In this document: positions 61,566 to 64,000 of the stretch, piece after piece
Position numbering within the stretch: the first letter of the stretch is position 1
How the letters are laid out: every line of letters starts with the position of its first letter
Assembly: GCA_030248215.1 (NCBI GenBank)
Contig: JASANG010003005.1
Span: forward strand, 310,001-374,000
Reading direction: 5' to 3'
Source: Enoplolaimus lenunculus
Taxonomy: Eukaryota
DNA: 64,000 bases
The notes under the pieces: model-generated
Database searches by the model: none
What the model was told of the DNA's origin: nothing
The model's input: only the letters and a program-made list of their open reading frames with translations
Made by a program: the position numbers and the translations under genes

Positions 61566-62851
61566 TTAATATAATTTACAGATGGAAGCTGGCACTGGCC
61601 AATACCAACTTAAATGGTTAATGTATTATATCGCTCACTTAACAAAGAAAGAAAAACGCAATCAAAACCTATTTTTTACTTGGAATATTTCATAAAACTA
61701 TTTTTATCTGTGCTCTCTCTCGTGACGACACAGGCATGTAAATATTAAAACATGCTGAAATCAATGCGAATTTCACGATCAGCATTAAGTTCGTAGAAAC
61801 CGCGATTGCGTCCACTGCCGTCGCGGTTTTGTAGCCGCGCTTGAACTTTTGACCGATCGCGGTGCAAACGCGGCTTGAGACTGGATCGCAGTCGCAATTT
61901 TAACTGCATTCACAGTTGTGGTTTGAACGGCGGTCGCAGTTCCGTTTGAAGCGCGTCTATAACCGCCATTTTAGCTGCTTCTATAACGGCAATTTTAACC
62001 ACGTTTGTAAAGCGAAAGTACATTCGCAACTGCAGTTTTTGTAAACACGTAAATTGCAGTTGCGAGCTCTCGGAAGTCGAACCTCGTATGGGTCGCGATC
62101 GCGGCTGCACTTAATTCTGTCCGTGTAGTCCATTTCGGCATGACTGTATGCACTATACTGTGAAAATTAATATCGAATTTATTTTGCTGAACTATTGAGG
62201 AATGACAAAATTGGGCAAAAATTTTAATTAGTCTTCAACTGGCGCACAATTTTTACATAGGCGTCGCAATCGACTCGTAGTATTTGGTTCTGATACATGT
62301 ATGCTCGTCTAATAAGCAAACATGATAACTCCTGGTAGCTGGGAGCGAAGAATAAAATAAATTTGCACGAAACAAAAACGAATATGAAGTATAAAGATTT
62401 TAAAAGTCTTGGTATTATAAAACTTCACTGACAAAAATTTTAAAATTACATTGATTTTTAAAAACTAAGCTACTCTTCTAAAAAATGCATACAATTGTAA
62501 TAATCTTTTGACTGGTTGACACTGATATATCGAAATTTTACACTGTCAAATCAACAAATCGGCACAATACACATACTATCAAATGGATTTAAAGTATAAT
62601 CAAAATCGGTCTCTTCCCAATTTGGATTAGCATGCGGACTAGAAGCTTTTCAGTAATAAATCAGCAAAACAACGCGACGACCACTGTGAGGATTCGATCA
62701 GTGGAGTATCGGATGAATCGTTTACTATCACAGTTCGACTATAGCTTGAAACCGTTGGTTTAGCAGTATAGCTTCTTGTTTGCAAACAGTAGTGTGACGT
62801 TCGACGCATGCCAAACTGCCCAGTGAATTACAACGCACTCAAAAGCAGCTA

Positions 62852-63458
62852 CTATAACGACTGTTTTTCATTGTTGGACATGGGTGCTGTCTCAACCTGT
62901 TCAGTTTTAATTTTAGAAGTATCATTTACGTTTAATTTCTCAATGTCTGGAATACAGTTTGTCGTATTTTTTTCACTGCTAGCTTCAACTGCTTCCACAA
63001 TATCGTCCGGCACTACGTAGCTATGCTCGCATGCTGAAATAAGACAAAGCGAACGTTTGATTGTATAAGGGTTTTGAAGTATACCGTTCTCTAAAAATTA
63101 CCGAGCAAATCGGATTCTGAACTTGTTTCTAATAAATTGTAAATAAACAATATTTCACTAATTAGAGAAGTTAAAGTACGGCCGCAAAAATAAAACTTTC
63201 AAAATTTGCCGAATATAGGTCATAATAAATGTTGCAGAATTCATAGTTGACGCTAGGTTCAAACGCAATTGATCATTTATCGGAAGAAATGTTCGCAGAC
63301 TTGCCAACAAGTAACCGCTGTATACACAACTTTTGGGAAAGATGAATGGCGAAGCAATGAAATATGTAACAAATACAAGCTTTAGCAGATATACAAATAC
63401 TCATAATTTACCAGCAAACTGTTCAGGATATTGCTGAGATAGTGTGTTCTTGAACGTC
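62852..63458 (-). CDS. 3' end (last two visible exons) of an unidentified gene that extends beyond the window
   Basis: Exon 63458-63412 (ttttgtag acceptor, gtaaat donor) splices in frame to exon 63033-62852 (atttcag acceptor): TFKNTLSQQYPEQFAACEHSYVVPDDIVEAVEASSEKNTTNCIPDIEKLNVNDTSKIKTEQVETAPMSNNEKQSL*. No family recognised. Confidence 0.5.
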
Positions 63459-64000
63459 CTACAAAAGTAATATATAAGTAAAAATCAAGGCATATTTTCT
63501 GCTGTTGCAAACTTTCTTAAGCTTTATTTGCCTATAACACTGACCGGATACCTAAAATACCGGAGCCGGAAGTTTAATAAGCGGCCTGACACCTATTATT
63601 AATTCATATCAAATACGTCGTGCTAAACGGCATTACGCGTCAAAGCTTAACATCCACACTGATGCATTTTAGCCCTTTAACAACGACCCTATTCCACTAT
63701 TCTACGTTTTGTAGTGCTGTATTCAGTTGCAATATTTGCTAGGCCCATGTAGAGATGTGCCGATTAATTGGCATCAGCCTCGCTAATAATCGGCACTTTC
63801 GTGAGTATCGGCATCGGCACTACAAAAAATTGCCGAAACTAACAGTGAGTTGGAACGGTATCAATTTCACTTCTTGTCGTATATCAATGTGTCTGATCAG
63901 GGAAATGTTATCTCTTTTGAGTTTGTGTTTGAAAAATTAATTGAAATGATCCGTTTTCGTAAAATAATAATCTTTTACGGTGGTACGGATTCAAGTCTTC

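Overview
Eukaryotic, AT-rich, intron-rich genomic DNA, most likely from a nematode. This is inferred from the pervasive TTAGGC/GCCTAA hexamer (the nematode telomere repeat) and TTTCAG/TTTTAG-type splice acceptors. Hand-splicing gives: (1) a tandem cluster of four intact 5-exon sigma-class glutathione S-transferase genes on + (7911-12187, 17728-22416, 27451-31370, 37853-43243); (2) a convergent 17-exon PEX1/prx-1 peroxisomal AAA-ATPase on - (59994 to 45334, about 1189 aa); (3) the last two exons of an unidentified gene on - (63458 to 62852). Most other ORFs in the track are spurious translations of repeats. Introns and intergenic DNA are packed with non-autonomous DNA transposons from at least 8 families. 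Most notable: about 35 copies of a GGCC-ended, 8-bp-TSD (Merlin-like) MITE family carrying telomeric TTAGGC arrays, one relative of which instead carries a 1.25-kb GGGACA array; a 263-bp TTAA-flanked (piggyBac-like) MITE carrying a tRNA-like Pol III promoter; a 151-bp tandem array that reads as rolling-circle copies of a dumbbell formed between two short inverted repeats; and exon-restricted sequence homogenisation among the GST paralogs.
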